Positions 33,392 to 46,965 of a stretch of DNA of 64,000 nucleotides are shown here, piece by piece. Position 1 is the stretch's first letter. Each line of letters opens with the position of its first letter. The notes under the pieces were generated by a model. It did not search any database, was not told the origin of the DNA, and worked only from the letters and a program-made list of their open reading frames with translations. The stretch covers positions 1-64,000 of the forward strand of contig NOWV01000277.1 of NCBI GenBank assembly GCA_003344405.1, given 5' to 3'. This DNA comes from Trichoplax sp. H2. Taxonomy: Eukaryota. A program made the translations under genes and the position numbers.

Positions 33392-36134
33392 ATGAGTAAG
33401 TTATATGATACCATCGAACCAGCCGTCATTGACGAGCAAATGCTAAAACAATGCGTGGAAGAGCAAGGTCCAAAGGATGAAGCTGGACGTATTGCAAATC
33501 AAGAAGGGATTGACTTTAACGAAGTGTTACATCTACGATTGGATTTCAAGAGTAAGCTTAAGAAAACAGTTGAAATAGTATAAATATCGAAATAGTTTAA
33601 CTTTAATTTTGTCATACATCACAATACGATGGTTGATTAGAAATAAGAAATTGCGTAAAATAGAGTTTCGTTTCTTAATCATAATTCCTATGCCATTATC
33701 GATTGATAGATATACTGAAAATTGATAATTTATGGAGTTTTACTAACCTGGTCAGGCTTCAACTGGATAACAACATTATCGAAAAAATTGAAGGCCTTAA
33801 CACTTTAGTAAATCTAAAATGGCTAGGTTGGTACCGTTATACATAAGCATTTAAATAAAATAAAGTGTTTGGTTCATAGATACTGTAAAACAAACATCTT
33901 GGATCGGCAATCCTACCGTCATCATTTTTGCTCTGTTGACAATAGCATTGTCAAGATTTATGCCATTAGCAGATTAAAAATTCAGTGATTAATACTTATA
34001 ATACTTGCTAGATGTCTTTTGATAAACATAATTTTGAAAGGTGAGTAATCTTTACCATTTTTATTATACCTGAATATAGATCTTTCCTTCAATAATATCG
34101 AAATTATTGAGGGCTTGGATAAACTCACTCAATTAACTGATTTAACCTTATTCAGTAATCGAATCGCACGTATTGAAAATATGGATGCATTGAAGGAATT
34201 GCAAGTTGTCTCATTTGGAAATAATCTATTAAAATCATTAGAGAACGTCAGTAGTAACTTATTTCAAGTGATACGTAGTCATCGATTGAGAAAATTAAAA
34301 TCTCATTTCTGTGAAATATATTTATTAGATTGCATACCTACGGCGCTTTAAGAATTTGCGTACTATCAATCTGAGTGGTAACCCATTCTCGGAAGACGAC
34401 AATTATAAAAGCTACATTATTGCTCACTTGCCCTCAGTAATTTACCTGGATTATAGATTAGTGGATGAATCACTAGTAAGTTTCTAACGTATTAAAATAA
34501 GTCAAAGTTTATTGAATGAGATAAAGTTTCAGATTTTTTTTCTACCTATTATTGCGCGTAAAAATCTCACTATTTTATAACGTTTTCCTATTTAATGCTT
34601 TGTAGAGACACCAAGCACGGGATCAATATGAATTCTCTATCGTAGAATTGGAGCAAGAAGAAAGAGAGCTAGAAAATAAAATGATTAAGGAAAAGGCTAT
34701 TGAGGAAAGACTACAAAAGGAAAAGGTAAATCTAATAATTTAGCATACATAATGAGTAAAGTAGGTAAGCACAATTGCATGGAGTAATTCATAAAAATGG
34801 ATATAATTTATGATTTATTAATGAATTTTAGAGAGCGTACGTAGAGTACTTGGATGGTCCGGAATTATTTGATCAGATGGTAGCTGATGATCCTGAAGCC
34901 AGCAAATTAAGTTATCTCCCTGGCTTAGCGGATGTAACCGAGGGATATCCTAACATAAATAGCTAGTGTGAAATATAATGCTAGTATAATGTTAACGTAA
35001 ATACATATAATACATCTGCATCCGTACTGTAAGGATATTATATTCCTTAATTTATCATAATTATAAAGAGAAATTTGTGGAATTATGTAAAGAAATCTTT
35101 CAGTTTGGGTTAAAAGAACACAATAAACGTGAAGAAGAATGTAACCACTTCTTTAGTGCACTAAATGATGCTAAAAACGAAAATAGATGCATAGGAATAG
35201 ATGCTATTAATATTTTTGAAGAATTTAAGAAAGCGGTAGGTTATGTTCTTATATCTTATTTTCTTTTCAAAATAGTGAATAAATTTTGTAATAATTGATA
35301 ATACCCTATAGACTTTCGATGATATTATGCTTACGAGGGACGTACAAGTTGTAGAAGCTAAATTGCAAGAATTAAGTGATAAAGTACAATCTCTGTGGAA
35401 TGATTTAATGGGACTGGAAATGCAACTTGTTGATCAGTTGGAGGTGAGTTGTTTTAGAAACTGTATTAGGCTATGGCTTAGGCTTGATGTAGTCATTAAA
35501 TATATGCCTTCGTATGTAATCCGAAATACTATATAGGATACAATAAAAGAATTTGAAAGAAACATGGCTGAAATGGTGGCAGCATTTATAGAACATATTC
35601 AAGCTCTATTTGCTCAATGTCGTGATATTGAGAATCAGCACTTTGAAAGAGCAACAGAAATCGCATTAGAAACGCTAGAGAAATTAGTAAAAAATGAATT
35701 GGAAGAAGAATTACCCGATGACTTAAGAGTGGTAATGTTATCTTGACAAACGATTGACTATATCTAAATATTGAGTAAATAAGAATGACTTTATATGTTT
35801 TCATTACAGTTATTTGTGGATAAAGATACAATTACTAATGCAGTAACTGCCTCACACGATGCACATCTTGTTAAAATTGACAATAAGGTTAGCAGATAAT
35901 AATTAAATTAAGGTTTCATACTTAGATATTAACAAACGCTTTTTATTATTGCGGCAAATATCATAATGTAATTAGGAAGATGATATGGTTACGCGTGTTA
36001 ATAATTGGATGCGAAATATGACTGATCAAGTTCATGAAGACGAAGTTAAGCGCAATCGTTCACGAGTTTTAGAAGTGACACATCTTATTGATCACTATCG
36101 TGATGAAATTGATAGTATTGAGTCACAAATGTAA
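33392..36134 (+). CDS. DRC3: Dynein regulatory complex subunit 3 (LRRC48), 11 coding exons, one U12-type intron
   Basis: MSKLYDTIEPAVIDEQML...EQGP...EGIDF..LRLDFK/NILKIDNLW..LQLDNNIIEKIEGL (LRRs), AYLRRFKNLRTINLSGNP, LMGLEMQLVDQLE, ASHDAHLVKIDNK, RNRSRVLE...SQM*. Confidence 0.93.
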
Positions 36135-37462
36135 TATTGTTTACTCTTGAATGCATTAGTTATGGCTACTATCGATCTTGTTAACTTTTAAGATAAAATC
36201 ATAATATGATCATTTTTTCTCACATTGAAATAAATATCAGAAATGTATAAAGGAACGCTTTTAGAATGTAATTATCAGTGTTTATATATATTCTAGTGGA
36301 TGATGCTCTCGTTATCATCAAAAAATATGAAACTGTACATCTCATGGTAAATAATGTAAACACCTTTAGATCTATTTCTACCTATTTTCTGATTAAGAGG
36401 TAACATTAAATTTCTGAACTTGTAAGCAAACAATACCTTTGTGTTTATATATAAAATTATTACAATAGCCATTACTATCTATAAATGTCTTAAATTATTG
36501 GTATCAACAGTCGAGCCATTTTGAAGAGCGATGGTTACAATATCACCGTTACTGATCAAATTATGCACTTAGTTGTAGTGAAGCATTGTAAAATGGGGGA
36601 ATACTTCTGTATTAAGAAGAATTACTTAAGAATTTATTGATCTAGTTTATTTCAAGGTGCGGATAACCTGAAGAATGGCTAGATTTAGTTAATAGTAGAA
36701 TCTGATGAATGTAATCTACTGTTATGATATCCAATGTATTAGTATTTGTTAGTGGAAATTCTATTACGGACGGTTATCACGTTCTTTTGCTATATTTCTT
36801 ATTATTGTATAATCTGTAGGCAAAAGCTTGTTTAAATCACGATACTATTATCATGGTTATACTAGTAGATAAATTATCGCACAGAGCTATCACTTTTAAC
36901 GAGAATGTACTGGCATTAATGTTATGACTTGCACCAGTCAATATTGGTATCACTAGATAAGATTCGTATCGTTCCACTGTATAGTGTTAGGATGCTTTTA
37001 ATGTTTGCACCTACAATTAATTCCAGGCAACTATGACAATTAATACATTTATATTTCAAATAAGCCTGCAGTATGTCCTGTTATCAAGAACCAACTAGCC
37101 AGTAATTATTTATTTGCAATATTGAGGTGACGAACTTATGAACAGAATTGCTATTATCACATCTATTCAAGGCATAAAAAGTCAGTTACGCAACATAAGG
37201 ATATACACATTACAATATAAAGAAATGTCTTTTTCTATATCTAATTCAAGTACAGCCCTATTACACTTGTGTAACAGCATTTGAAGAAACTATCAAATTA
37301 GGTGGTCATTATTCACAATTGATTGTAAATCTTTCAAACGGAAGTTTTTCCTCAAGTTCTTGATGCTTTCAAGCAGCATTCGCCAAAGTAAATGAAATTT
37401 CCAGTTGAGATATTAGCAACACAACCATAGTTATGCTTTTAAAGTTCATTTGGTATGCAAAT

Positions 37463-39851
37463 TTAATCAATGACCGTAACATTTTGGCTACATTGGTAAA
37501 AGATTGCAGCTGCAGCAGTTTTTGACTTTAATTCAGAAACCTCCAAGTCGTGTGCCCATTCCACATTTCCCCACTTAGCAGTCTACAATATTTCATAAAT
37601 ATCAGTCAGTAGTTGTCAATTAATATAGTTTGTCACTGTCATCACATACTTGATAGTTTACTTCTAATCTTGCTAAATCAACTGCTTCATCAATAGTTAT
37701 ATGGCGATTAGTAACTGCCAATGCAATAACAAGTGACTTTAAGCTTTCAACGAGCACAGTTAAGCCTAAAAATAGGAAAGTATAATACGTATAATAGCAG
37801 TCCATTTCATTTATAACATATGCGCAAGCTGAACAATCCAAGAGATTAGCAATAGTATCCATACCGGTTAGTGACCAAGCATCTAGGCGCGATACTTCGT
37901 CTTGAATAGCATTCTTGACAGCTGGAGAATGATCAGCACCAGTAAAACTAGTACTACAAGATAACCGTACCTGAAATCTATTTAGAATGAGCAAAAGTAT
38001 GAAAGAAATCGCATGTCAAGAGAATGTAATTGCGATAATCGCGAATGTAACTGTACCAAAATAAGTTTAAACTATGTTATAGCTTACCTATCATTCATCC
38101 AGTCAAGTAAAGGATTCCAATAATGATTTTGGACAGCAACAAGGTCATTAGGTTCAGTTGCGCGTATGCTAAAGTGGTTATAGTACGCATCCATACAAGA
38201 CCGATTAAAATTCAGCATGTCTAAACAATAATCAACCAAGTTGCATTCCAATTTCAAAACGTGCATTTACCATATAGTGTCTGTGGCTAAATATTCCATG
38301 ATTTGTGCTGTTTCAACTCTTAAATTATCGTTACGAGGTCGATCTAGAGCTCCATTACACATTACCGTCTGTCCAAAATAACGGTTACATCAATAATATG
38401 CAAGTACAGCATAGTTAGTTGATAGCAGTTTAATTATTCAAATTATTTTTAAGGTAATACTATCCAAATTATAGCCAATAGATAAATAGTTAATAAGTGA
38501 TTTAAGGTAACGGCATGACTAAGACGTAGGAGAAATAGATAAAGTTCAACGTCTACATGTATAAATCGAATAGATAAATCTTATTTACGAATTAATTGAT
38601 CCGATGAGGTCTAGCTGCGAGATCGCATTAGCTTTAGTTTAGATCGGCAGTAAAACTGTAGCAAATCTAAGGCATTTGTATCTCTAATTCAGAAAAACTA
38701 TTGACTTAAATATCCATCAATAAAAAATAGCTTTCAGTTCTAATGATCTGAGAGCATCGTTGGATGCAACTAGCTATACTATTGCAACCTTACCAAAGGC
38801 ATATTATGTGGAGCAATCTTTTTTCCCTGTACCGCCCACTCTGTAGCAACTGCTACTGCTAGTAATTCATTCGGCACAATCAACTGTTGCCCATTGCGAG
38901 TTTTCAATGGCTTAGAATCTAATTTAATCAAAAATCCTCCTAAAAATAAAAGTAGCATAGTATCTACTGTTAGAATGGCAGATATCGTACTGTCGGTCTT
39001 AGAAGCGTCGCAATTGATGAATGTTGATCATTTGTTCTCTTTTTTCACGCACTACAACATTTTATTCCATTACAGCACAAATATAGCTAATTAACGGTAT
39101 TCGATGATACAATTAACCTAATCAAATCGTTATTATTTCGTTTTAGCCCTCTTACCTTGAATTGTTTCTATCGTCACATTCTTATAAAATCTTTTGATAT
39201 CTGTTTCAATACCAAAGTATCATGGTTAAATACAGCTAAAAATACTGAATAGTTGCCATGTTACAAAGTATCTAAATCATCTATTTTCATGGATACCAAT
39301 TGTTACATATGCCTATTACCAATACTGATATCTAATTTGTAAATTGTGTCCTATTTTGGACGATAGCACCAGTACTAAATGTCCATTTCTATCAGCGAAA
39401 AAGAGACGAACACGACTTTAGTCCATGCAGTATCGTAGAAAGAGGATAGAGTAGAGATTGAAGCGGACGATTTATTCCACACTAGCTACAGTAACGCGTG
39501 TATCATCCATAGTATGAAAACTAATACCAATTTAATGTTTACTAATCCAACTCAATCCCAACCAATGCAAATTATTTCTACATCATACATCGACACTAAT
39601 CGACACCATGAGCAATTCTGAGGCCATCAGGCATCCGATTTCCCATTTGAAGATAACCATCGAGGTCGATGCATATGGTATAATAATCCAAGATTAAACG
39701 AAGAGACAAGCATAAAAAGTAGATTACCTCGTAGATTATTGGCAAAGGTAATTTCCGTTTGGTGTACTCGGCGGATAAACTGGTAGCGACGCTGCCAACA
39801 TGATGCAAATCTGCTTGTGATGCTGCGAATACAAGCCAGATTAGCAGCCAT
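37463..39851 (-). CDS. ATPAF2: ATP synthase F1 assembly factor 2 (ATP12), 8 coding exons
   Basis: Presequence-like MAANLACIRSITSRF..., then KRFYKNVTI, GFLIKLDSKPLKT, LAVAVATEW, YLATDTIC, SLKSLVIALA, LARLEVNYQ-TAKWGNVEWAHD. All introns are GT-AG. Confidence 0.93.
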
Positions 39852-40161
39852 GTTGGTGACCGGATAGAAGCAACTTGGTAGTGATTGGCTGATTTTACTA
39901 ACTCCACTTGAATTACACTCTCCTTTCAAGTGTTTCCTATGGAATTTTACGCATGTATGATACAGTATAGTACCGTAGTAAGCACTCTAGTCTACCAACA
40001 ACAATATACCGTCAAACGACGATGACAGCAAACTCGCTACAGACATCCGGACGATTGGAACACTTTCAAGCTGCTAGAAATGCCTGGCAACGACGATGAT
40101 GGAATTCTTCTTGGTGAATTAACTCTGCTGCAGGAAACAGTTTAAGAGTATCTATGGAATA

Positions 40162-41151
40162 CAATTTGTCAGAATTTCTAATGCTGTAGTAGTGAATATG
40201 GATGATAGGAGATAGTCGTTACCTCCGTGTTCACGCCGTAGAAAAATAGAACTATTGACGTCAACACTACCTCTCATGATTGTCTGCAAATGGTGCAATG
40301 GTTGGTTATACTGTACGCTTACGCGAGTTACTAGCAGCAGCAAGCTGACTAATTTCTTGAATTTGATTACAATAATTGTTATGTATGATAGACTGGTAAT
40401 GTCTAGGAATTAGGGCAGATAAATTGCATAGCTGCCTAACTGATAAGATAACCGTATGATACTGATATCGTAACTGTATTGATACGTTCACTAGTAATTT
40501 ACTAATACGTATGTAATATATATATCACTTGTGGGAAAGGCAACCCAGAATAAAGAAGTGGACTCCAAGCATCAGGCTACTTTGCTGTGTCTAACCGAGC
40601 ATTGCATGATTGACCTAGGGTCGCGATAGAGAACATAACGATAATAAGGGCCGTTTCTCGTTTCCATTAGCTCATGTGAACGGAAGGCAAGAGCGTACTA
40701 TAGATGATGCAATTTCACAATGATAGTCACAAGTTGCAACTGTCTCTCATAGCTTTAGTTGAAGTTAAAGCTGCATGCAATTGNNNNNNNNNNNNNNNNN
40801 NNNCAATTTGTCAGAATTTCTAATGCTGTAGTAGTGAATATGGATGATAGGAGATAGTCGTTACCTCCGTGTTCACGCCGTAGAAAAATAGAACTATTGA
40901 CGTCAACACTACCTCTCATGATTGTCTGCAAATGGTGCAATGGTTGGTTATACGCTTACGCGAGTTACTAGCAGTAGCAAGCTGACTAATTTCTTGAATT
41001 TGATTACAATAATAAGGGCCGTTTCTCGTTTCCATTAGCTCATGTGAACGGAAGGCAAGAGCGTACTATAGATGGTGCAATTTCACAATGATAGTCACAA
41101 GTTGCAACTGTCTCTCATAGCTTTAGTTGAAGTTAAAGCTGCATGCAATTG
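40162..41151. other. Duplicated sequence either side of a 20-N gap (probable uncollapsed haplotypes)
   Basis: 40162-40376 plus 40646-40783 recur almost identically at 40804-41151 across the gap at 40784-40803. They differ by a few SNPs, a 5-bp indel and the 264-bp insertion. Confidence 0.85.
40377..40640. mobile_element. Solo-LTR-like insertion (264 bp) with 5-bp TSD
   Basis: The layout is ATAAT|TGTTATGT...ACATAACG|ATAAT, with TG...C(A>G) termini and an 8-bp terminal IR. It contains TATATATA (~40518) followed by AATAAA (~40549). The empty site, with a single ATAAT, is at 41009-41013. Confidence 0.75.
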
Positions 41152-41953
41152 GTCTGCACATTTGTGTAATGTACAGTACTGTACTACTGTAAGTAGAAAG
41201 TTAACAAAGTTAATGTGCAACAGAAAGGATCAAGAACTCTCGTCATCCATCTGGATTTATTTACCTAGAGAATTTCAACCTAATTGACTGCTCAAAATTG
41301 GAAATCAATCCATAACCTTTTATAGAGAACGAGCAGTAATAACGCTAAAGACAACAGTTGTTAACTAGCTAGATCTATAGCATGTATATTACATTGTAAA
41401 AATAACAATTTTAGTGTTGATTTGCAACGGAAGTACGAGAACAACACATAACAATTTTTTATAGCTACCTTTTAGTACTTGGATTCTCTAGGAATTGCAT
41501 AATATAAAAATACAGAGCATTAAATACATTACACTGCATATCATTTAGATCGTCCACGTAGCTCATAACTGACGCTGTTGCAACCACTTTAATGAGCTGC
41601 TGTTTTATCATTTATCAATTAAACATTGAATGGATGTAACGTAGAAAACGCAAATTATTGATCATAAAAACAGACCAAATTGCATTCCACTCAATGCATA
41701 GAATCATTAAACTTAGCCATCAGCGAAAAGATCAGGTTATAATACATTTCAGGTTAGATAGCGTATCTATTATTTTACAAATAGGATCTGAGCAAAAATT
41801 ACATTCAGTTAAGGTGGTTATGATTTCATGACGATAGAAAACTAGTGTACAAATATCTATACTGCATTATCAAATATTGTCGATTATAATTCGCAATATA
41901 AGCTCTTTCTTAAAATAAAATTACGTAAAAGAATCCATCTCTTCATTCATGAT

Positions 41954-44660
41954 TTATGCCGTTACATTACTATCTGCAATTTGGCTACCGTCGGGGTTAC
42001 CGCCAAAGCCTGTTAAGCAATAATATCAACTTCGTTACAACCAGCATATACTCTTACGATTAAAATTAAAATCCATTAACAGTCTTTCTATCACGGTATA
42101 CATCTACCTTTACTAGTGAATATTTCGCATATTATTTAAAATATTATACACTTACTGTCGGTAATAAGCCGCTGGGTATCGTTATTAGCAGTTGTTAAGC
42201 CTGATTCTTGATTCGTTGTGGTGAGTTTATGGACGAAGTATGCTACCAGAAATAATCCAGAACTTACAAGATACAACATCGGAAATAGCACTATTAAAGC
42301 AGTCCGTAAATTGGAAATAGCTGTCAGGGGTGGCACCAATAATGGCATTAAACCTCCTACAGTATATTTCCACAAATACGTAAATTAAACATAAGTCTGT
42401 TAGTAATTAATAATTTTTAATTAATCAATTATGAGAGTATACACTGAAGTGTACTTGTTATTGAGCAAGCATCATTCATTCAAGAATATCCTATTCAATT
42501 TCTCTTACCGATATTAGTGATGATGAATAGATAGATTGCTATTGCTGAAGTTCGAATATTACCAGGTACAATCTCGACAACCACAGTCAGGGTAACACCA
42601 ATCCACATTTCTCCAATTAAATTATTGGGAATTAGCATAATAAATGCAGCTGGTGGTGGAAGTAGTAAAGCCATGAGAGCAAAAGGTGCAGAGCACACCT
42701 ATAATATTGTAATTATATCAAACACCAGAATAACTGTAAGAGTGTGCAAGGAAATATGAATTGTGTTCAAACTTATCTATTTGAAAAATGATCTAGATTG
42801 AGTACCTGGCTAGCTATTAGTACCCATATACGGGCTTTCAAACCATAAGATGTAACTAAACGATCTGAAATTACACCACCTAATAATGATCCTAAAGAAC
42901 CAGCAACTAAAGGAATCCAAGTGAGATAATCCGCAACCAACACACGTGGATAATACTGATTAAAGAAAGGTTTTGTATTATAAGCCCATACGTAGCCGGC
43001 AGCATTTCTAATCGATCCAGCAATGACAAGGCATAATAAAGTATAATTTTTGAATGGAGCGATGGCTATTATAGGTATTACCGTAGTAGATAAAATAAGA
43101 TATTAGAAATCCATCAAAAAGTTATTCAAACTATTGTTAGTCATGTGCTATCTTATATTCATAAAACGAATTTGATAAGCAATAGATTCTCTTCATTAAG
43201 TTAAAAGGCATGAAGCCACAAATATACCAGCTTTAATACGTATCCATGAAAACCCCTTTGGCGTATTTAATGACGCATCCCTATTAGTTTTGGGAGGTTC
43301 TCTGACTGTAGCAAATATAACAATTGCAATGACGAAGCCAGGAATTGCAGCAAACCAATATACCCATCGCCATCCCTGATTTAAAATATTTGCTTTAACG
43401 ACATAATCGCCTAAGGTAAAAGATAAACTATAGCCCGTATAGATTCCCCAATTATATATGCCAATGGCAGCTGCGCGAAGGCTCTAATCCAAAAATATGG
43501 CGTATTGTAGCATAAGTTATTGATGTGCTATTTTCAAGGTATATTAAGATATTTTTGATGTCTTGAAGTAAGCTTTACTATATTATGGAGTTATAGGCTA
43601 TAGCGTTGACTTACAGAAGGAAAATAATCTGCAATAATACTTGTGGCAAACGGTGTGCAGCCTGCTTCCCTATATAATAAAATACGCCATTAGACTACTA
43701 AATAGCATAATGGCATAGTAGCATTTTGTAACGTAATGACGTTAATAGAATCTTGTGCCTACAGTTTTAATAGATTAATCATAACTCTATTCAACTACGT
43801 TGTCCATCACAATCTATTAAACATGCTAGAAAATACTGTTTATTACCCAATACCAACGGCAAAGCGAAGCAATAAAAGCTGCCAGTATTTTTGAGTAAAT
43901 CCAGTAATGAATGTCATAGTACTCCAAAAAAGTAAACAGCCAGCAAGGAGATTACGACGATTAGTCATGTCTCCAGTTGCTGCTAAAGGAATTCCAGCAA
44001 ATGTATACACAACTACAATCAGAATATGATGAGAAGAAAAGTTATTCACCGTCAAACGTCATTTAAACACCTGTGGTTGTTAAAGCGATATTATATACGT
44101 GTATATATCGAAAATAAGACCATTACCTATAAATGCTGGCCCAGCTAGTAATTCGAATAACACTCCTTGTCCATTATAATTATACATACAGACATGTTCA
44201 CCAAGATGGCTAACTTTACTGTCACACCTAAGTGTAGGTATAGAAATACTGGTAGATTAATCATAAACTTGTATTGCATCGATCTGTATTAATACTCGCT
44301 AACAAAATCCTTGCTACAAAAAATTGAAATCAGTATAAACGGAAGAATCTTCACCCTGGATATAGGCACATCGTAATAAAAATAACAATCTTTCACTTAC
44401 ATTGATTCCATTTGATGAGCTGTTAGAGTTTTATTGATGATTTCACATGATATATTTCCAACTTGGGCTTCGCTATAGGATGTATTAAGTAGGCAGCCTT
44501 TATCACCCCAATGCATATCTTGAGCAATATAAATGGACGTAACACCAATAGCATAGCGATCAAGTTGATTTAGTAGATATGCCAGCAATAATATAATGAG
44601 TACGTAAAATGGATACCATCCAACTTTACGAAATTCTAAGATACTTTGCTTGATATTCAT
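41954..44660 (-). CDS. MFS transporter, spinster-like (tandem paralog A), multi-exon
   Basis: YLLNQLDRY (TM1), LAGPAF, GDMTNRRNLL (motif A region), LLLRFAVGIG-EAGCTPFATSIIADYFP, YNWGIYTG, GWRWVYW, GGVISDRL, EMWIGV. The last small exon is less certain. Confidence 0.85.
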
Positions 44661-45335
44661 GATTTGACTTTTGTATTTACGGACTCAACTTCAGAAAGCT
44701 ACGCCACAACTTGAAAGATTTAATGCAGTTTTACGAATCTTACAATATAGACAATAATCTATCAATAAGCTTGAAAACTTTGAAGCATCAACATGACTAT
44801 CTCGTCCAGTAATTTATTAAAGTTGGTGGCAATCTATAGTAAAGTTCAAATCAAGCTAGGATAAAATATTACTCTATTCAGTCCAAGAATTTGATATTCT
44901 TTCTGCAGCCAATCTGTAACTTAATGGAAAAATAATAGCTATAAACGTTCTGAAGCAGTTAATATTCGTTTATAATAGTCTAAAGGACTTGATCCAATTC
45001 TAGGATAGCCAAGTAGCCGAAAAGAAATGCCATGTAACACTTTCAATTTGGCAGCAATTCACAAGCAGACAGTCAGTTAGTAAATATAGACCTCGATATA
45101 CTAGAAATTTATATAATGATCAACTTTGACGAAACTCTTACGCTTATATAAGTCGTATTTTTACTACCATTACTCGATCATGACTACTTATAGCATACGT
45201 ATACAGTCGATAGGCCTTTATTCTACGCAGTAAAGTGTTTGCATTCTTTTTCTTACCTCTGCTAAAGGTTCTATGTTTCAAGTAGCCACTTTCTGGATAT
45301 GTTAGTGCCAGGTACCAAGCCCATAACATATACTG

Positions 45336-46003
45336 TATACTTAATAGAAATACGAATGGGTCTTACTATGCTATGAATTGCTAACTACTCTAGGCCCTAC
45401 CGTATACTATAAGTCCATAATACCGACTAAAACAATTGCTAGTCCTTACACTACTGTAGTAAACTGCCGCAATTTAACACTTTCTACAGTATAAACTATT
45501 TCTTCACGATAAACTAGTAGAAAGAGTAAAATCTACTATTAGAGATCGGATCTCTTGACTGTTGTAATGGACACTATATAGTGTATAGTATTGCTTACAA
45601 AGGCCATCTAATATGTAGTCAATAATTATAATAAACTAGTATAAGATGATAGCTAGTTCATTATTTTGCTAATACTTAATAGGTATACTAATGGGTCTTA
45701 ATATGCTATAAATTGCTAACTACCCTAGGCCCTACCGTATGCTTTAAGTCCATAATTCCGACTAAAACAATTGCTAGTCCTCACACTACTGTAGTAAACT
45801 GCCGCAATTTAACATTTTCTATAGTATAAACTATTTTTTCACGATAAACTAGTAGAATGAGTAAAATCTACTATTAGAGATCCGATCTCTTGACTGTTGT
45901 AATGGACACTATATAGTGCACAGTATAGCTTACAAAGGTCATTTAATATATAGTCAATAATTACAATAAACTAGTATAAGATAGCTAGTTCATTATTTGC
46001 TAA
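45336..46003. repeat. Tandem duplication, about 337-bp period, 2 copies, between the MFS paralogs
   Basis: atacttaatag...aatgggtctta...taggccctaccgtat...gatagctagttcattattt(t)gctaa starts at about 45336 and 45673. Confidence 0.9.
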
Positions 46004-46965
46004 GAAAATATGGATCAGATCTGATCCGTTTAAGTTATTTGTATCGGCGATTAAAATTGATTTATTCGAAAATAATTTATTAACGCTCACTAACAAACGT
46101 CTCACTTTCTAAGCAAGATAATTCTTTAGAAATTATTGGAGTAAAATTGCAAGTCAAATCATCAAGTCAGTGCTAGAAATAATTCATGTTGAGGTAATTT
46201 TAATGTCAATAATACTAGGTTAACTAGAAGTATCAATTATAATTTATGCTATAAAAGCAATGAATGTATTTGCATGTACCTTAGGAAAAGGCATTGCAAA
46301 TAAAGCTGTAAGAATGCTTTGAACCATTTTTTAGTGCTACTTCTCTATTCACTCTCTTCAGTTTACACGATACGAAAGTATAAGTTACTACCTCATGAGT
46401 ATATAGCGCACCGTAATAAATTGAATTTATTAAGTAGCCCATAAAAGAAGCTATGATTGCGATTAAAGGAATTGAAATCCAACATTTATCAGTCAAAAAA
46501 TGGAATCAGAATGGTAAAATCAATTACTATCTGCAGTACAATAAAGTCAGATATAGCCAATTCTATTTAGACAGACTTCTAACCAATAATCAACATAAAA
46601 CAAGATTAATATCCCTTAATTGAACATTTGTGTTATATTCTAATTGCTATTTTATTCCTAAAGATCGAAAAAACGGGAATATTTTTAGAAGCACTTTGTA
46701 TAAAAATACCAATTTACGGGTACTGATTCTATTCTAGTAGATGCATTTAAACTACGATTAGTGATCTAATTTTTAAAGCAAGAATATTTCACAGGCAGAA
46801 AAAAGGCCAATAATTCATGAATTGGACCTTAGGGTTCTTAGTTGAACTGTTTTACCATAGTTTATTCGCGGACAAGATCCACATAACAAGCATCTCGACA
46901 TAGGACGAAAATTTAGAGTTGAAGTCATCGCATCAAAGGATTTAGTTTATCTGCCATCTTGATCA

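Noticed and set aside
40162..41151. True tandem duplication around the N gap
   Set aside because: Near-identical copies that abut a gap are better explained as overlapping haplotype contigs. This is unresolved without reads.
42108..42112. Possible 5-nt micro-exon (ag|TAAAG|gt) in MFS paralog A
   Set aside because: It is not needed to keep the frame and has no counterpart in paralog B.
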